DNA of 64,000 bases from Trichinella spiralis (Eukaryota), in the NCBI RefSeq assembly GCF_000181795.1, contig NW_003526944.1, positions 553,383 through 617,382 of the forward strand. The letters are read 5' to 3'. Shown piece by piece: positions 13,901 to 28,577 of this stretch. The notes beneath the pieces were generated by a model. The model did not search any database. It saw nothing but the letters and a program-made list of their open reading frames with translations, and was not told the DNA's origin. A program made the translations under genes and the position numbers. Position 1 is the first letter of the stretch, and the number at the start of each line of letters is the position of its first letter.

Positions 13901-14326
13901 TGTTGTTTCATTTTATTTTTCATTTTAAACATAGAAAAGAAATCAAAAGCAAATCATCAAACATAATATTAGTAATACTTTCTTTTTTTTGCTTTCTTAA
14001 ATAAAATAATTCCCAAATTAAGTTAAATTAAATTAAATGGAAAAACAAACGCCCACGGTTAAATTAGAACGCCCGTTGAACAAATGATGACTAATTTGCA
14101 TTATCAAAATATTTTTTTTCAACGTTCAACTGCAAGTGTTTCATTATTGCTTGTCATATGCTGAAATCAATTATAATAACTTGTTAATTTAATTAATACC
14201 GACAACAGACTGCAATGTTAATAATGATAATAATAATAATACCCATCTATCTGCATGACTTCAAATTATTATTATTATTATTATTCAATGGTTTCACATT
14301 CAATCGATCCGAATTATAATGAAATA

Positions 14327-14369
<43 letters not shown>

Positions 14370-16936
14370 TCAAACAAAGTTAAAAATAAATAAAACGGAT
14401 GAATTATTTCCAAAAATAAAAAAACAAAATAATTATTAATTAACAGAATTCAAATAATAATTTAAAAAATATATAATAGGAAATACGTAACAGGAAATGA
14501 GAACTGAAAACAAAATGCTCAACGTCGTTTCAATGAAGGTTGAAAGGAAAAAATAACCATAATAAATAGAACAAAAGCCATCATCAGATATAATAATTTC
14601 GATGAATTGAAGAAAAAAAATTTACCATTAATAAAAAAATGAACAGTTTTTATTTAAGGCGAATCATTTTTGAAATCACACCTGAAGAAAATGAAACAAA
14701 ACTAACAAATGTTTTCAATTAAGAAAATTAAAAAATAATGACAACATGTCATGTGATAATAAACTGCCAAGTTTCATAAATTTCATATTTGTGAAAAATA
14801 AATCAATAAATGCAAAATTTCATCATAATCATCATCATCATCATCAGTGCAACTGAAAACCGGAGGAAACTAATCAATTATTATTGTTTGTTTGTTCGAA
14901 CAAAAGGCAAGCTCCCAAGTAGGCAAAGTTACTTACCCCCCCCCCCATGTTAAAATAAAATTTTTTTTCAGTTTAATGCAATTATTGATGCTTAATCAAT
15001 ATAATTTAAAATTTGAACAAATCTTTGCTCAAATAAAAGCGAGCTGGTAAAGTTGTCAAGTTCAAACTCTAAACTAAACGACTGCATTTTATTTGACTAT
15101 TTTCTTTAGATCAACTTGAGAGCTAGATACGAAAGTATCAATTGAAAATTGCATTCAAAACTCACGGATTACAGTAACCAGGTTGACAAACATTCTAATT
15201 TGTGAATGAACAATCATTTCACGTTTGCAAGTGAAATAAATATTGCTCATCATCATCATCATCATTGTGTCAAATTTCATATTTGAAACTTGTCTCTTTT
15301 TCTTTGAAATAAATATATTCATCAAAAACTACCAACAAATCTGTTGCCGTTGCGCGAGAAAGAATTTTCAAATATGCAAATATAATAATAAAATGCAAAT
15401 TTTGTGAAAATTAACTGTAGTTGAGTTGAGAAAGAACGGAATTGAAAGGGAAGGTAAACTTTGAACGCAAAGTAAACAACTATCGATTGCAAAAGTGCTT
15501 CGTGGCGGTGACAAAACAAACCGTGCTTTAGTCGATTAAGCTGCTGTTCGCCACGTTTGCATTTTGAATTATAAAATTTCAAAATTTACAAATGCCGTTC
15601 GTCTTTCCTGCTGTTGATGATCATCATTTATAATCATCAACAACAACAACAACAATAAAATAAAATTTTAAATTATTGTAATATAATTTAAAAGAAATAA
15701 AAATATTAACGTACAAAAAAATTTTTTTAAATATCTGCTCAAATGATTATTGGACAATAATGATGGGATAAATAATGATTTGCAAGAACAATTTCATCCA
15801 AAAGTACAAGGTTGAATGTTTAACCCACTTGAAAAAAATTAATTTCGAAAAAAAATATTTATATATAATTATAAAATAATCACGCTAACCTCAGATCGAT
15901 AATGAATGCTTTTCATGGTTAATCATAAAATTATTATTAACGTCGTATTAACGTTGTTATGGAAGACGAAGACCAAGAAGAAGAAGAAGAAGAAGAAGCA
16001 ACTGATAACAGTTTGCACAGGCGACGAGGCAAGTCATAAGTTGAATTGTTAAAAAATTAGCGTTCAATTTAGCAAAGCAAAGCAAGTTAGCAAAAAGTAT
16101 CGACTGCAGCTAGCAAAGTGCAGTCTTTCCTTTCCAAACGACAGACCGGCTTGGCAGGCTATTTTGTTCGGCTGGAAAGGCAGAAAAAAAACTGCATATT
16201 AATTAATAAATTTTGTTCAACTAATATGATGAATAGAAATTGAAATTTCAATAAAGCAGGTGGGGTGGTAGAAAAAAAATATTCGGTGGAAAATACATCA
16301 CCGACAGAAAGATGAAGAGAGAAAGAGGCGAAATTATTATTGGGACTGGAGTAAAAGCTCGGAAAGTGGTGCTTCTTGAAAATTTCATGTCAACTCAAGC
16401 AGGCCAGTAGAGCACAGGCGACAAGTTCATCGCGGCAAATCATAATAATCATAATAAATAAATGGAAATCAATACAGAGACAAACGTATGTATAATGATA
16501 AGTATGGAGAAATCAATATTGATTGACTTGAAGAGTTGATGAAACAAAAACCAAGAAATGAAATTAATTAATTTAATCATAAAATTTGAAATTTAAAATC
16601 AAAGTTGACAATGTACACAATGTTTATTTTAAATTTATTAAACAACAATCGAAACAATCGAAAATTCCCCAACTGACTCAAATTAGCATAAGAATGATAA
16701 TGAATTAAACAAATGAAAATGAACCCAATCAATAAAAGATAAAGAGGGAAATTATGAAACGTACCGTTGAGATTAATATCAATGTTTACGCGGTTAGCTT
16801 GCTTGTGTGACAAATCGACGCTGTTGTTGCCGACGCCTCTGCTATCCAATACTGATGATACATGTTGATGAAAACATTCTCTAATAATGGAACTTGTGTT
16901 ATCCGCATTGACATCCACATTGCTGAACATTTTCAT
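10924..16936 (-). CDS. TBC1D24: TBC1D24/Skywalker-like Rab-GAP (TBC + TLDc domains), multi-exon
   Basis: TBC exons (IRAELWKEIC; LYPLCALFLHYMSDEEAF; VRIVDCFLFEGQKVLYRSAVAIL). TLDc exons (SWIPTRYHLVTPQKLFSASEDGRSF; IIGAYCSEAW..YFGTGESFLF; CDTFDNPPL..FEIEALEVFSF), stop at 10924. The first exon 16936-16790, joining phase 0 to 13851, is tentative. Confidence 0.88.
14330..14368. repeat. (TAA)n microsatellite
   Basis: Direct reading of the sequence. Confidence 0.9.
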
Positions 16937-19058
16937 TTCTACTTACCCGCATTGGAACACAGCATAAACGTTTCAATCGATCGAAGCTTGCTTGCCAACC
17001 AACAATTCAAGAACATGCTTCGACTTGCCCAATGACCGCCGTTAGCTGCCAAAATGGGCTGCACTGATGATCGATGAACAAATGCCGGTCACAATTACAG
17101 TTCTTGACCGTCGGTCGCAACATTTAAGCCAAAAGCTGCAAATTAACCAGAATGAAAACTTTTTCAAAACGGAAACAAAACCAACCAAGTGAAACACTCA
17201 TGCATGCACGGGGAACAGTTCATCATTAGCTTCATTTGGGCGAAATTTACACGAAAAATAACCAGTTGTTTCGCTTTTATGTTGTCCAATAATTCAATAA
17301 TTAAAAATTTACACTACTAAAGTCAGGTCATCTCTTTGAACAAAACTATCCCAACCAACGTTCTGGTGAAAAATAAAAACAACACAACGAACGATAGATG
17401 ATGAAATAAAATAAAACATCTCCTTTGCTAATCGATTTCAATTCAAAAAAATGTCATAATTATCAGATAAAAAATCAATTAATCTTCACAGTTAAAAAAA
17501 ACATTTTCCTCACGAGCGGCTATTCACTGAACTACAGCAAACAAACCGTTTAAAATTGATCGACATTACTATTGAAAATTCAAAAGTTCAAAAAACGTTG
17601 AACCTTTGCAATAAAGACAAAAATTTACTTCCGTTTGTACATTTTCAACTTCATCTTTTTGCCATGATTGCAAAAATTTTGCCAACTTTGCGATGATGGC
17701 AAAAATTCACTGTCATACAGTAATCTTTCAAACAAATTGCAACTAAAAATACGGATAAAATATTCATAAAAAATAATTTAACTTTATCATTTACTAATTT
17801 TTCCACTGGTCTTTTAATGTTTTATAAAATTTTTCATTTTACACTTTCAAAATCAGTTAATTGAATCTATTCAATTAACTGAAAGAACTTTATAATCTAA
17901 TTTTTGTACTATAACAGAAAATAATTATTCTCAAACATTAAATTTAATTACATTAGATTAAGGCATTTTTTGAAAATAATAACTCTTTAAATGATTTTCT
18001 GATGTTTTTCATATATTGAAAAACTTAACTTGCCTGAAAATCTTTTTCATTGCAAGTTATTGTTGCATCAATTTACGATGGCATTTTTAATTTTTTCCTC
18101 CATTTAAAATCATTAAATAATAACTTTTAATATTATTAATGACAAATTTGATGCTAATAATGTTTAAAACATTCATATTTATTCATCTAAAGCTATTATA
18201 ACCATTCACCAAGATAATGCAATTATAAAATAATGATCACATGCATGAAAATAAATTTATTCATTTATATAATTTCATTTTCTAATATAATGTAATATAC
18301 ATAATTTTTGAAAATGAGCAATTCATTAAGAAACATTTCCATTGCTTATTTTCATCAATTCAGACTGTGTAATGAAATAAATGTTTGTTCGGTCAAAATG
18401 AATGAAAAATTCCAATTGATTTTATTCACTTATTTAAACGAATAACTCTTTCTTTCAACGCGAACATCTTATTTTTGAATAAAACCTGATCTTCATTTTT
18501 AGTTGACTGTATTTATTATTTATTTCCTGTTAGAAGCGATCTAGTCTGCTTTGAAATTTGCTATCTCGCGCATTGCGGAATGGAAAATTTTCACCCGAAA
18601 CACAATAAATACTATTGGTCCCGTCCACTTTTGCTCAGTGGTCATGTTTCTGCGGTTTGTTTATCGTGTAAGCTGTTCAATAATTTTTCAGCACATAATA
18701 CGCCACCATTGTTTTTTGTTTGTTATTTTATTTTTTTTGTCATTCTTGGCCTCGTTTGACAGATTATATATATAAATATAATATTTATTATTAAGCTTTA
18801 TTTGCAGTGCTCAAACTGATCGAGAGGAAAAAAATTAACAATGAACTTCATACATGGAACACAGGTCTCTTCGATTAAAGTAGGCGTGTCAAGACAAATA
18901 AAAGACGATTAAGTGAACAAATGAAAAAAATGCAGGTTATATATTTTTGATATATGATAGATAATAATAAATGCAGTTACACAAAAAAGTTAAGAGATAA
19001 AGAAAACGAACGCCACAATATTTTTTAACAAGTCAATTAAAAAATGAAGTTTCACATT

Positions 19059-20560
19059 TCAGCGAATCTCTTGTTCAAAACCTGCCATCAGCTCCATCTG
19101 CATCATGATGTCTACTTGATTTTCCATCTAAAAAACAGTAAAAACAAAGTGAAAAATAAAAATGCATACACAAAAAAAACATGGTAAATAATGTTTGCTA
19201 ACCGCTTCCTTGCGACGTCGTTCCTGTTCGCGCATACGTGCTATTTCACGCTGCGACATTCCCTGTGTTGTTGCTGCCGCCTGTTCTTCTGGGGAAGTTT
19301 CAGGTCTAAGGTCTAGCTGTGGTTGTGGTTGTGGTTGTTGTAGTTGCTGCTGCTGCTGTTGTAGTTGCTGCTGCTGCTGCTTTTGCTGTTCGACTTGAAG
19401 TCGGGCATTTTCCAACATCCGCGCCTCTTTTTCCTCCTGTTCTTGCATAGCCAACTGTTCGGCTCGCATACGCTCTTGGTATTCACGAACCTTTTCCTTT
19501 TCTTCCTGTTGCTTTTTCAAGTTATGACGCTGCAAAAATTATAGCTTATTTTTAATTAATATTAAAAATTGTCGTTTCCATTCTATTCCATTCACAAGCA
19601 CTTACCCGTTCCTCTTTTTGTAGCGCCATCTTGCGGAAATTTTCAAACTGATCAGCCGCGCACGCTTTTACAGAGCTTTGTTCCGTGCTGCTACCTCCGA
19701 GAGTCTTGGACAACGATGCCCATGACCGACCGACATCGTTGCTCAGCAATGTAGGTTGTCCCTCTTGCTTGACCACTATCCCGCTCGACGAACTGCTGCT
19801 GCTGCTGCTACCTGAAAACGTATTTAATTATTCATATTACAAAAGATGATCACACGAGCATTTTTTTTCTTTATTCGCATAAGTGCTTGCGTTTTTTTTA
19901 TTTTGCTAATAGACTTGAATATAATAATTTCTCAGTATTTGAATTACGTGCTATACTGCCACCACATAACGTTTTTGGCATAAACAAACGAACGAAATAC
20001 GCGCGTTAGATGAAAAACAAAACATTCTTTCATAAAAGTACTTAAAAGCTGAGTGGAATAAGTGTACATGATTCGGGTAAAATCCACTAAAACTAATTGA
20101 ATTATATTTCATTGTGTAGAACAAATTTATATTATATGAACAGCGTGGCGGCTGTTTATTTAATCACTTAGCTAAGAGGTTAAAATGAAATTTTGACAAG
20201 AAGAAAAGTCGAAAATTATTCTCACGACACTATTCCCAAAGAAACGCATATCCTTATTCCAATTCTTACCCTGAGAATATTAATTTAGTTTACAAAATGA
20301 AAAAAAAATATACATATAATGCGAAATGTTCCTAACCAATGTTAAAATGCTTTTTATGCTCCTAAATTTCATTCATGTTGAATGGAATTCTAATTTAAAA
20401 TCTATAATGATGATTATCTGAAATTCAATTCATCGTATTACACTAATGTTGTGAAATAGGTGGATAAAAAAGCTGTTTTGCCGAGATGATTTGAAAAATA
20501 TAGCGAATTTTAAAATATAATAATAATAATGTATTGTGTGCTGTTCTTTCAGATGCTGCT

Positions 20561-20591
<31 letters not shown>

Positions 20592-23500
20592 ATGCAACAG
20601 AACAGGTAACAACAATAGAAGAACTGTTTGTACGGAAGAAAGTTTTCGATGACAAAATGATGATATAATACAATGATTTGTGTAAAATAAAAAGGTTAAA
20701 TAATAATTTAAGTGAAGAAAGAAGAAGAAGAAGAAGAAGAAGAATACAAGTTTGCTATACACACCCACAGAAGCGGCCGGCTGGGGGTGCTTCTTTGCGA
20801 CCGAGGCCATCCCGTCAGCGGCTCTAGCTGCTGTTGAGTGTTGTCTTCCTTTGCCGCCGTCTAAATTACGAAATGACACACCTTTGAAAGCAATCTCAAA
20901 CTGTAACTGCAGAACAGATAAGCGAAACACAACAGATACCGCGTTCATTGCCAATAAACGACTTGGGATTGTTATTCAAAATGGGGACCTCCTGAATACT
21001 GCCGTTGCTAGCCTGGAACAAAGTGAAAATTGTCTTCTATATATACATATATATATATATCACAGTTTAAAGTCAGACAGAGACGCTTTTCCTCAATCGC
21101 TTCAAACTAACCCCGAATAACGTCTGCACCAACTTATTATTCTCAACACCCGACCGGCTGTACGAGCTCAATGCAGTACCACCACTGACGGAACTGGCCA
21201 ACATACCTAAACGAATCACACACTGTACATGACAAATTTGCTAACTAGTGTGGAACAACTTGTGGAACAACAACAGTTTCATGAGTCACTTTTAATATTT
21301 TCGACTAACTTCATTAATAATAATAATAATAAATACAGCTATCGAGCGCATAAAAAAATAATAATAATAATTTTAAAAAATGAAGAATCATAATTGCAAG
21401 ATTTTCAGAAACAAAAAGTTGAATAGATCGCAAACGCGACGATAACATAAAAATAAAATTAAAATGTGTGTGCGTGTGTGTGCAAGGAGAAAATTAACAG
21501 AAAAAGAAAAATGGTAAAATTGCAAAAGAGAAACTTATCAAAAAATGATGACAATATGCTATAAAAAGTTTACAGCAGTGATGGTGAAACTGCTCTGTCT
21601 GAAAGTAAATAAACGGTAAGATGCAGTGCGTTTGCCCAAGCAGAGCAATGAGATAAAATTGCAATACTTCACAGCATACTAATGTGTAGTTGCACATGTA
21701 TATACATGTATGTATAAACAAAATTACAATACATGTTCGTTCACATTTGCAAGACAAAAAATTATAAAATGAATACGCAAAGATAAGTCTGCATATGCGT
21801 GCAACAATTTGGCGCGCACATTTGTATCCAAGTTTCCCACAAGATCCTGACTTTATCGAGGAAAGATATTTAAAAAAAAGAGAGAGAGAGAGAGAGAGAC
21901 AACAGCACTTGGACACGTCAAAAACAACGTAGGCCCGTAAAAAATTAATATCTAATGCTGGGTTATCATGATAAATGAGAAAAAATAATTGAGGGCAAGA
22001 ATAGAAAACAATGGATTAGTAAATAACTACGACGCTGTATGCTCAACCACAACCTATAAAAAAGATTTGTGGTCTGGACTAAAAATTTCTTACGAACACG
22101 CGAGAGAGAGAGAGAGAGAGTGAGTGAGTGAGAGAGTACAGTTTGAGACACCGAACAGGGTAACACTTTGGAATAGGTGTCTAACCTGATTCAGAATCAC
22201 TGGAATCGCTGGAGCTTGACTCGCTTGAACTGGAACTTGCACTGCTCGAACTACTCGAGGTGGATAACGCACTGTTTGTTGGAGCCGATGCAGGTCCCTG
22301 ACGACGATTTTTACTTTGTTCATACGCCTGACTGTCTGAAAACAAGCAAAAATTTTTTTAGAAAAAAAATCATCTCCAATATTAATCGTTTTTTAAAATT
22401 AATAATTTACCTTTTTTCGTCACTTTCTTCGCCGGTTGCACCTGACCACCGAGGTCCTGGATCTGCTTTTCCAGCTCCTTCTTACGTTGTTCAATATCTT
22501 TTGCAGTCCTGGCAGCTGCAAATTAAAATTAAGTAGATAAAATTGAAAATAAAAAAATACGAAAACATTTGTAATAGACCGTACTGCATGGTTTGCGGAC
22601 TTTCTTTTTCAGACAAGATGCCACATACGCTTCCAGTTCACGCAATGTAGCCGGCTTTAGCGTTTCGAAGTCGATTTCTATTTCATCTAGATTAGAAAGT
22701 CTCAGAGCCGGCTCACGGGCTTGAATGATTTGCACCACACGACCCAATTTGTCACCTGAATAAAAATACACTCTTTGAAATCAATAAAACAAACATCTAT
22801 AAATAACCTACCAGGCAGTTTATTTATGTCCAAGGATAGCTGGCGCTTTTCATCGTAAGTGGTTGGCTTACAGTTATCCTCATCCTCGCTGTCAAAATAA
22901 TATCCACCTTTCCTCATTTTTGGTCTAATTATAAAATAAAAATAAATAAAAAATAAAAATAAAAAAACAACAACACAATAACCATACTTATTTGATACGG
23001 TTGGTCTCTTGCGTGAAGTATTCGGTGCTGAAAATACACAAAATTACACATTAACATTCTACATCATGCATTACATTCATTGTAATCCAAATATATACCT
23101 TTATCAACAACAGCTACTGATACCAGTGGAGATGATACTGCATTGGTAACCGATGTAGTGGGACCTGTCGTCGGTAGGTAAGACACGGAAGCAGTCGCCG
23201 CAGCAGCAGCAGCAGCAGCAGGCGGAGGCTTTGGTTCTGCTTTGGGTTTTGAAGCTGCACGTTTCTTCGCAGGTTGTGGAGCAACAACCGGTGATGGTTG
23301 AACAGTCGGTAAAGTCGACTGTGCTAAAGCCGCCCGAGCTGCGTTTGCTTCTTTGAGCTTATTTTTCATAAAAATCAGACGTGATATTTCATCAGAAATA
23401 TTGGACAGCTAAATTTGAAAAGCTTTTATGAAAATTTTACAAAGTGTAAAATATAATCACTTACTTGAATTTGCAATTCAGACAATCGGGCGTCAATACC

Positions 23501-26500
23501 ATCTTCGTCCATTTCTTCCAACTCGGTTTTAATAGGCGGCATTGCATTCATAACTGGTTCGCTTTTAACGGCTGGCTGTCTTGTCCTGTGAGATGACACT
23601 GCTCCAACAGAGACGTTATGCGCGGTTTCAGGTGGTGCAGGGCTTGACGTGCTGGGACTCAAATCATCAGGCAACTGAGCGAATCGCTGTTCAAAAATTT
23701 CCTAAAATTGAAAACCAGTTTCAATAACATTTATTTCTTTATACCATATCAGGTTTCTTTATATACCGAAATAGTTTTTGCCATTTTCACCACTTCATGA
23801 TCCGGTGGATTATATCTGTAGCAATTTGAAAAAATTAGACGCACATCAGCAGCAAATTCCGATGGCGAGCCATATTCTCGACATTCCAACTTGCGCTGCA
23901 AAAAGGTCACTTTAAACACGTCCGAAATAACTGTGAAATACAGTCAGATACCCGAACAGTGCCCAAGTCCATCGGTACTTCAATAACATCGTAATAATCA
24001 TGCAAACCAAGACCTTCAACATCCACCGGCTTATAAAACGGCCATGCATATTCCTAAACAAAAAAAATATTAAACACTGAATATAGCAAACAAACAAAAA
24101 AAATGCTTTATACCGAATGTCGTTTCGACAACAATTCTTTCACAATTCCATAGCAAAATTTCATCTGCTCATTCAGTTTGCCTTTGTATTTGTGTTTCAT
24201 CGCTGGACTCTAAAATCAAATTTCCAAACATCTTGATGTGAAAAACATTAACAATGACAAGTAGACAATAACTGATAGTGTTAATAGAAAGAACTACAAC
24301 TCACCACGAAACTTCTCAGTTATATTTTAGGTTTTACAATTCACTTACTTTACTGTCAACCACGACATTAATACAAAGTTAACTGAGAACAAATTATAAT
24401 TTATTGCATAAGTTATAAAATTAATTAGTACTAAAGTATTATAAACTCGGTTGACTAATGGAATTTAATATGAAACTACATATAACTATAAAAAAGTTCT
24501 TTTGCATAAATATTCAAATGTACATTCATATAATTAATTAATAATTAATACAATAATGTCAGTATAAATAAAAACTAAAATAGCTTTAAACAATAAATTT
24601 CCTGCCACATAAAATTGAAATAACAGCTTGCATTTCTTTTGCCTACAGTATGAGATACGGAAGCTTATTTATTTCATCGTTAAAAAATTACAAATTAAAC
24701 ATTTCAAAAATATAATTAAATCACTAATGTAATAAAATACAACAAAATTCAATTCTTGTTCTTTTAATTTCTTAATTGAATTTCTATGCCATTAGGTGCC
24801 AATACAAATTCCCAAATTGAAATTCATATCACGTCTTTCTCGTATAAAAATTACGACTCTTACCTGATTATCCGTAAAAAATGAATCACGGGCAGGTTTC
24901 TTAATCGGTCGACCACTTTCTCGACGTGTAGAAATCTTTCCCAGCGTTTGTTCTTCAGAAGGAGTCGTTGTATCAGCCTTTCTCTTTACTCCTTTCTGTA
25001 GCTATTCAAAAAATTTAAATCACATTTAAAAGAAAAAAATGTGATCTGTTTAAAATACTTTTGCCGGTAAGACAGAGCCTGGACTAATTATTGGAGTTGA
25101 TACTGGCACAGTATCGGCCGTTCCTGATTCTTGACTTAAAGCTGTGCTGGAGTGGAGATGTTCATTGCTTACGGATGCTGTTGAGGTCGCGTCCGCAAGT
25201 TCAGATTGACTCAAACCTCCCACCGAATCTGTGCTATCAGCAATTTGCTTCTGCGATGCCAAAAATGCATTTGTGGCCCGCGTTGCCTGGGCAGCTATTA
25301 AAATAAACAAGCCATTTAAAACAATTTACACATTTTACTGATTTGACGAATCTCAACTTCGTTTTTACATACATTAAATTTATTATCAGTTTATCGTAGT
25401 GCGACAAACCATAGAAAAAACCGTAAATTACAAAAAAAATTACCCGAAATCTAACAAAACACTCACCTCTAGCAGCCGCAAGAGATTTTCCTTTTTTATG
25501 TCTCCCACGTTTTTGAGTTGATGGTCTAGGTATTTCAATCTCCTAAAAAAACATTGTAATGCGAAAAAAACATTGTAATCCAAAACATACTTCTGATGGC
25601 ATATGGGCAATTTTTTCTAGGAACACCTTCTCCAAAGCTTGAGCCATAACTACTATGTCTGAACCAGGCGGATTGTACGTGTAACAATTAGTAAACATAG
25701 TCATGAAATCCTAAATTACAATAAGCAATACAACGCGAAGAAGTTGCAAATTATTACCTGCATGCTTTGCTGGGATGAGTAATAATAACAATTACGCAAA
25801 CGCTTTTCTATAGTACCAAGATCCATCGGTCGTTTTATTATGTCATGGTAATCCTAAATCATGAAAATGCAAAACAACCATTTCAAATCAAAAGGCGGGA
25901 AAACAAATATAGGGCAGCCAAGCGAGCATACACTCACTGCATCTATAACATCAGCCCAAAAAATATCATTGTTAAAACTAAACAATGAAATGTAGTTCAC
26001 CCATGAAAACAAACTGTAATGAACTATGTTAAAAATCTTATTCTAATAAAAATAAAATATAGGATAAAAAACACAAAACTGAACGTCGATTAAATATATC
26101 CATTTAACAAAATGATATTTACCACTAAATTCAATTTTGCCGCATCAACAGGCTTTGAAAAAGGCCATGAATGCTTATGCCTGAGAACAGCCCGCAGAAC
26201 TTCTTTCTGCATAAATTCCAGCTGGTTGGTGTTTCTGGTTGGTTTCCCTGGAGGAGCAACGACTCGCGGTTGCACGATACCGTTAACGGGATCCATAACG
26301 GGAGTTTCCCAAGGTTGCTCAGTTCTAGAACTGCTAGCTTCTGCGGGTTCATAATGAGGCTCATCCTCACTAAAATCGCATTCACTAATGGCAGTAGACC
26401 CGTCGTGAACAGGCGACAGCTTCTCAATCAAATCAGTCGACTCTGGAGTATTCATAGCTTTATGCTCCGACTCCGGTCCATTACCAAAAATTGACGACGT

Positions 26501-26524
26501 AGAAACAGTGCTATCGCCATTCAT
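19059..26524 (-). CDS. BRD4: BET-family double-bromodomain protein (BRD4/Fs(1)h-like), long isoform with C-terminal motif
   Basis: BD1 ([45 protein letters not shown]), BD2 ([25 protein letters not shown]), ET domain ([37 protein letters not shown]), Ser-rich SEED tract, and terminal [32 protein letters not shown]. Start codon tentative. Confidence 0.92.
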
Positions 26525-28577
26525 TTTTTGGCCACCAGAAATGCCTAAAATTCGTAAAAAACAGGATATTACTGAGTTCAAAAGCGAAAATACCAAAAAG
26601 AAGCGGAATGAATAATGAACCGAAACATTGTATATAATTTCGTTTCACACACGCGCGTGGAAAAATATTAACATAAATAAAGTTTTCAAAAGTACATTAT
26701 AATTCATTTTCAACAAAATACCAATTCAACAGAGCAGGATAATCCCAATTTGTGGAAAGTTCCGATGAACATACGTCAACAAAAATGCCAACAAAACGGA
26801 CGACTTTTTGCATAATGGCCTTATAGAAGTGCTTTACATTAATTATCGAAAAAAACAATCTTTCAACCACAACAAAACAATAAGTATACAGCATTATATC
26901 TTCCGACAGATAAACACAACGTTTTCAAGTGATTACAGTCGACCAATTGATGAAAATAGGTGTATTTGAACCAATGATTGTCAGGCGACAGTAATCCAAC
27001 AAATATTTTTCTATAAAATACATAAAAAATAAACAGTCGCGATCATTTATTTTTAATTATATTAATATAATATTATATTTAAAAATATATAATAAAAATA
27101 TTTTATTTATTTAAAGGTTTTTAATAGATGATTGCGAACTTTGCACGTGACCTTTAACAGAACAAGAAAATTGTACAAAACAAATGTCTTATAAATTTAA
27201 ATGCAAAAAAATTAACTTATTATTTACTTTTGTTTTTTATATTAAATAATAAATTATTATGCAAATTAAAAATCCTCTCTTTTATTTTAACAGCTACTGT
27301 TAATAAAACTTTAATTTGACATGAACTCTGCAATATAAATTAAAAAATTAATAAAAATAACAGAGTTACATATAATAAGTTTATTTTTATTCAAATTTCG
27401 TTTCACAAAGCAAAATTGTTTTCACAGCTGCCTTTTATTCATTTAAATGTTTAAGCTTCAAAGTTTCCTCAAAATTAAAAAATGCTACTTATTGGCTTTA
27501 TTTTCATGCAGTTAATGACCAGTACTCCGCATGAAATATTTATCTTTCATTTTTTATTGAATTTTTTTATCTAATAAAGAAACTTGCCGAATTTCATAAT
27601 TTCTTTTATTTGGAACCCATAATTTATTTGAAGACAGAAAGCAGAAACTGAATTAACTGGATTAAATTGAAAAAGACAAAATAACAAATCGTTTTTCATT
27701 AAAATTTTAAGCGATATGATCCAACGTTTGATATATTCCATATTTATTATGCAACGTAAAACGACCTTTTACTTATGATTTTATTCACCAGTTTCAATTT
27801 TTCAAAAGTAAAATTTAGTGTTGAGCAATTGCTACCCATTGTTATTCTGTAAATAAGTGAAATTTAAATTTAAACAAGCAATTTGTATCCATTGCTATTC
27901 TGAGCAACTGCTTTATGAAATGTTTTGTATTTAATATTTTTTCAAGTATAAAAAATATAATTCTATATTTTTTTCATTAATCTGATTATTTCCGTTTAAA
28001 ATTTCGCAATATTTATAAAATTAACAGTTTTCCTCAAGATGACATCATACTGTAATTAATGATAATTCGGTATTATTTTATAAAATTATATTTTATTGAA
28101 TTTTCTAATTTATATAAGTTCATAATCGTTTATTAAAAATTAATTTCATAAAATATAACCGAAAATAGTAGTAAATATATATTTGTAGTTATACCTACTT
28201 TTCTTTATATTCCAGCTTCCTGTAACTCTTAAATGGATTGATAAACTTTAAAGCTCCTGTTTACAGCATTGTTAATATATTTCATTTCAAGTGCAAGTTT
28301 AGGAGTTTATAAGTAAATGACATGTATTTTGCATTTAGATAAAGTTTTTTATTTACTACTATACGTAGTATGCTTTATAGTAAGTAACGTAGCGTTTTGC
28401 ACCCGTGGTTAATAATGACTGACTGAAAGAGCTTGCATTATTGAGATATCATATGCACTCTTAGAGCTGTTAATGATACCTTCAGTAAATGAATGACATG
28501 AAAATGTAATTTTAATCTTTTTTATGTTTCGTCCTGGGTGACATAATGTTTTTCTTATTAAGTGCTCAATAACGAAA

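Noticed and set aside
19195..19398. Metallothionein-like Cys-rich ORF
   Set aside because: It is the antisense reading of the BET poly-Gln tract.
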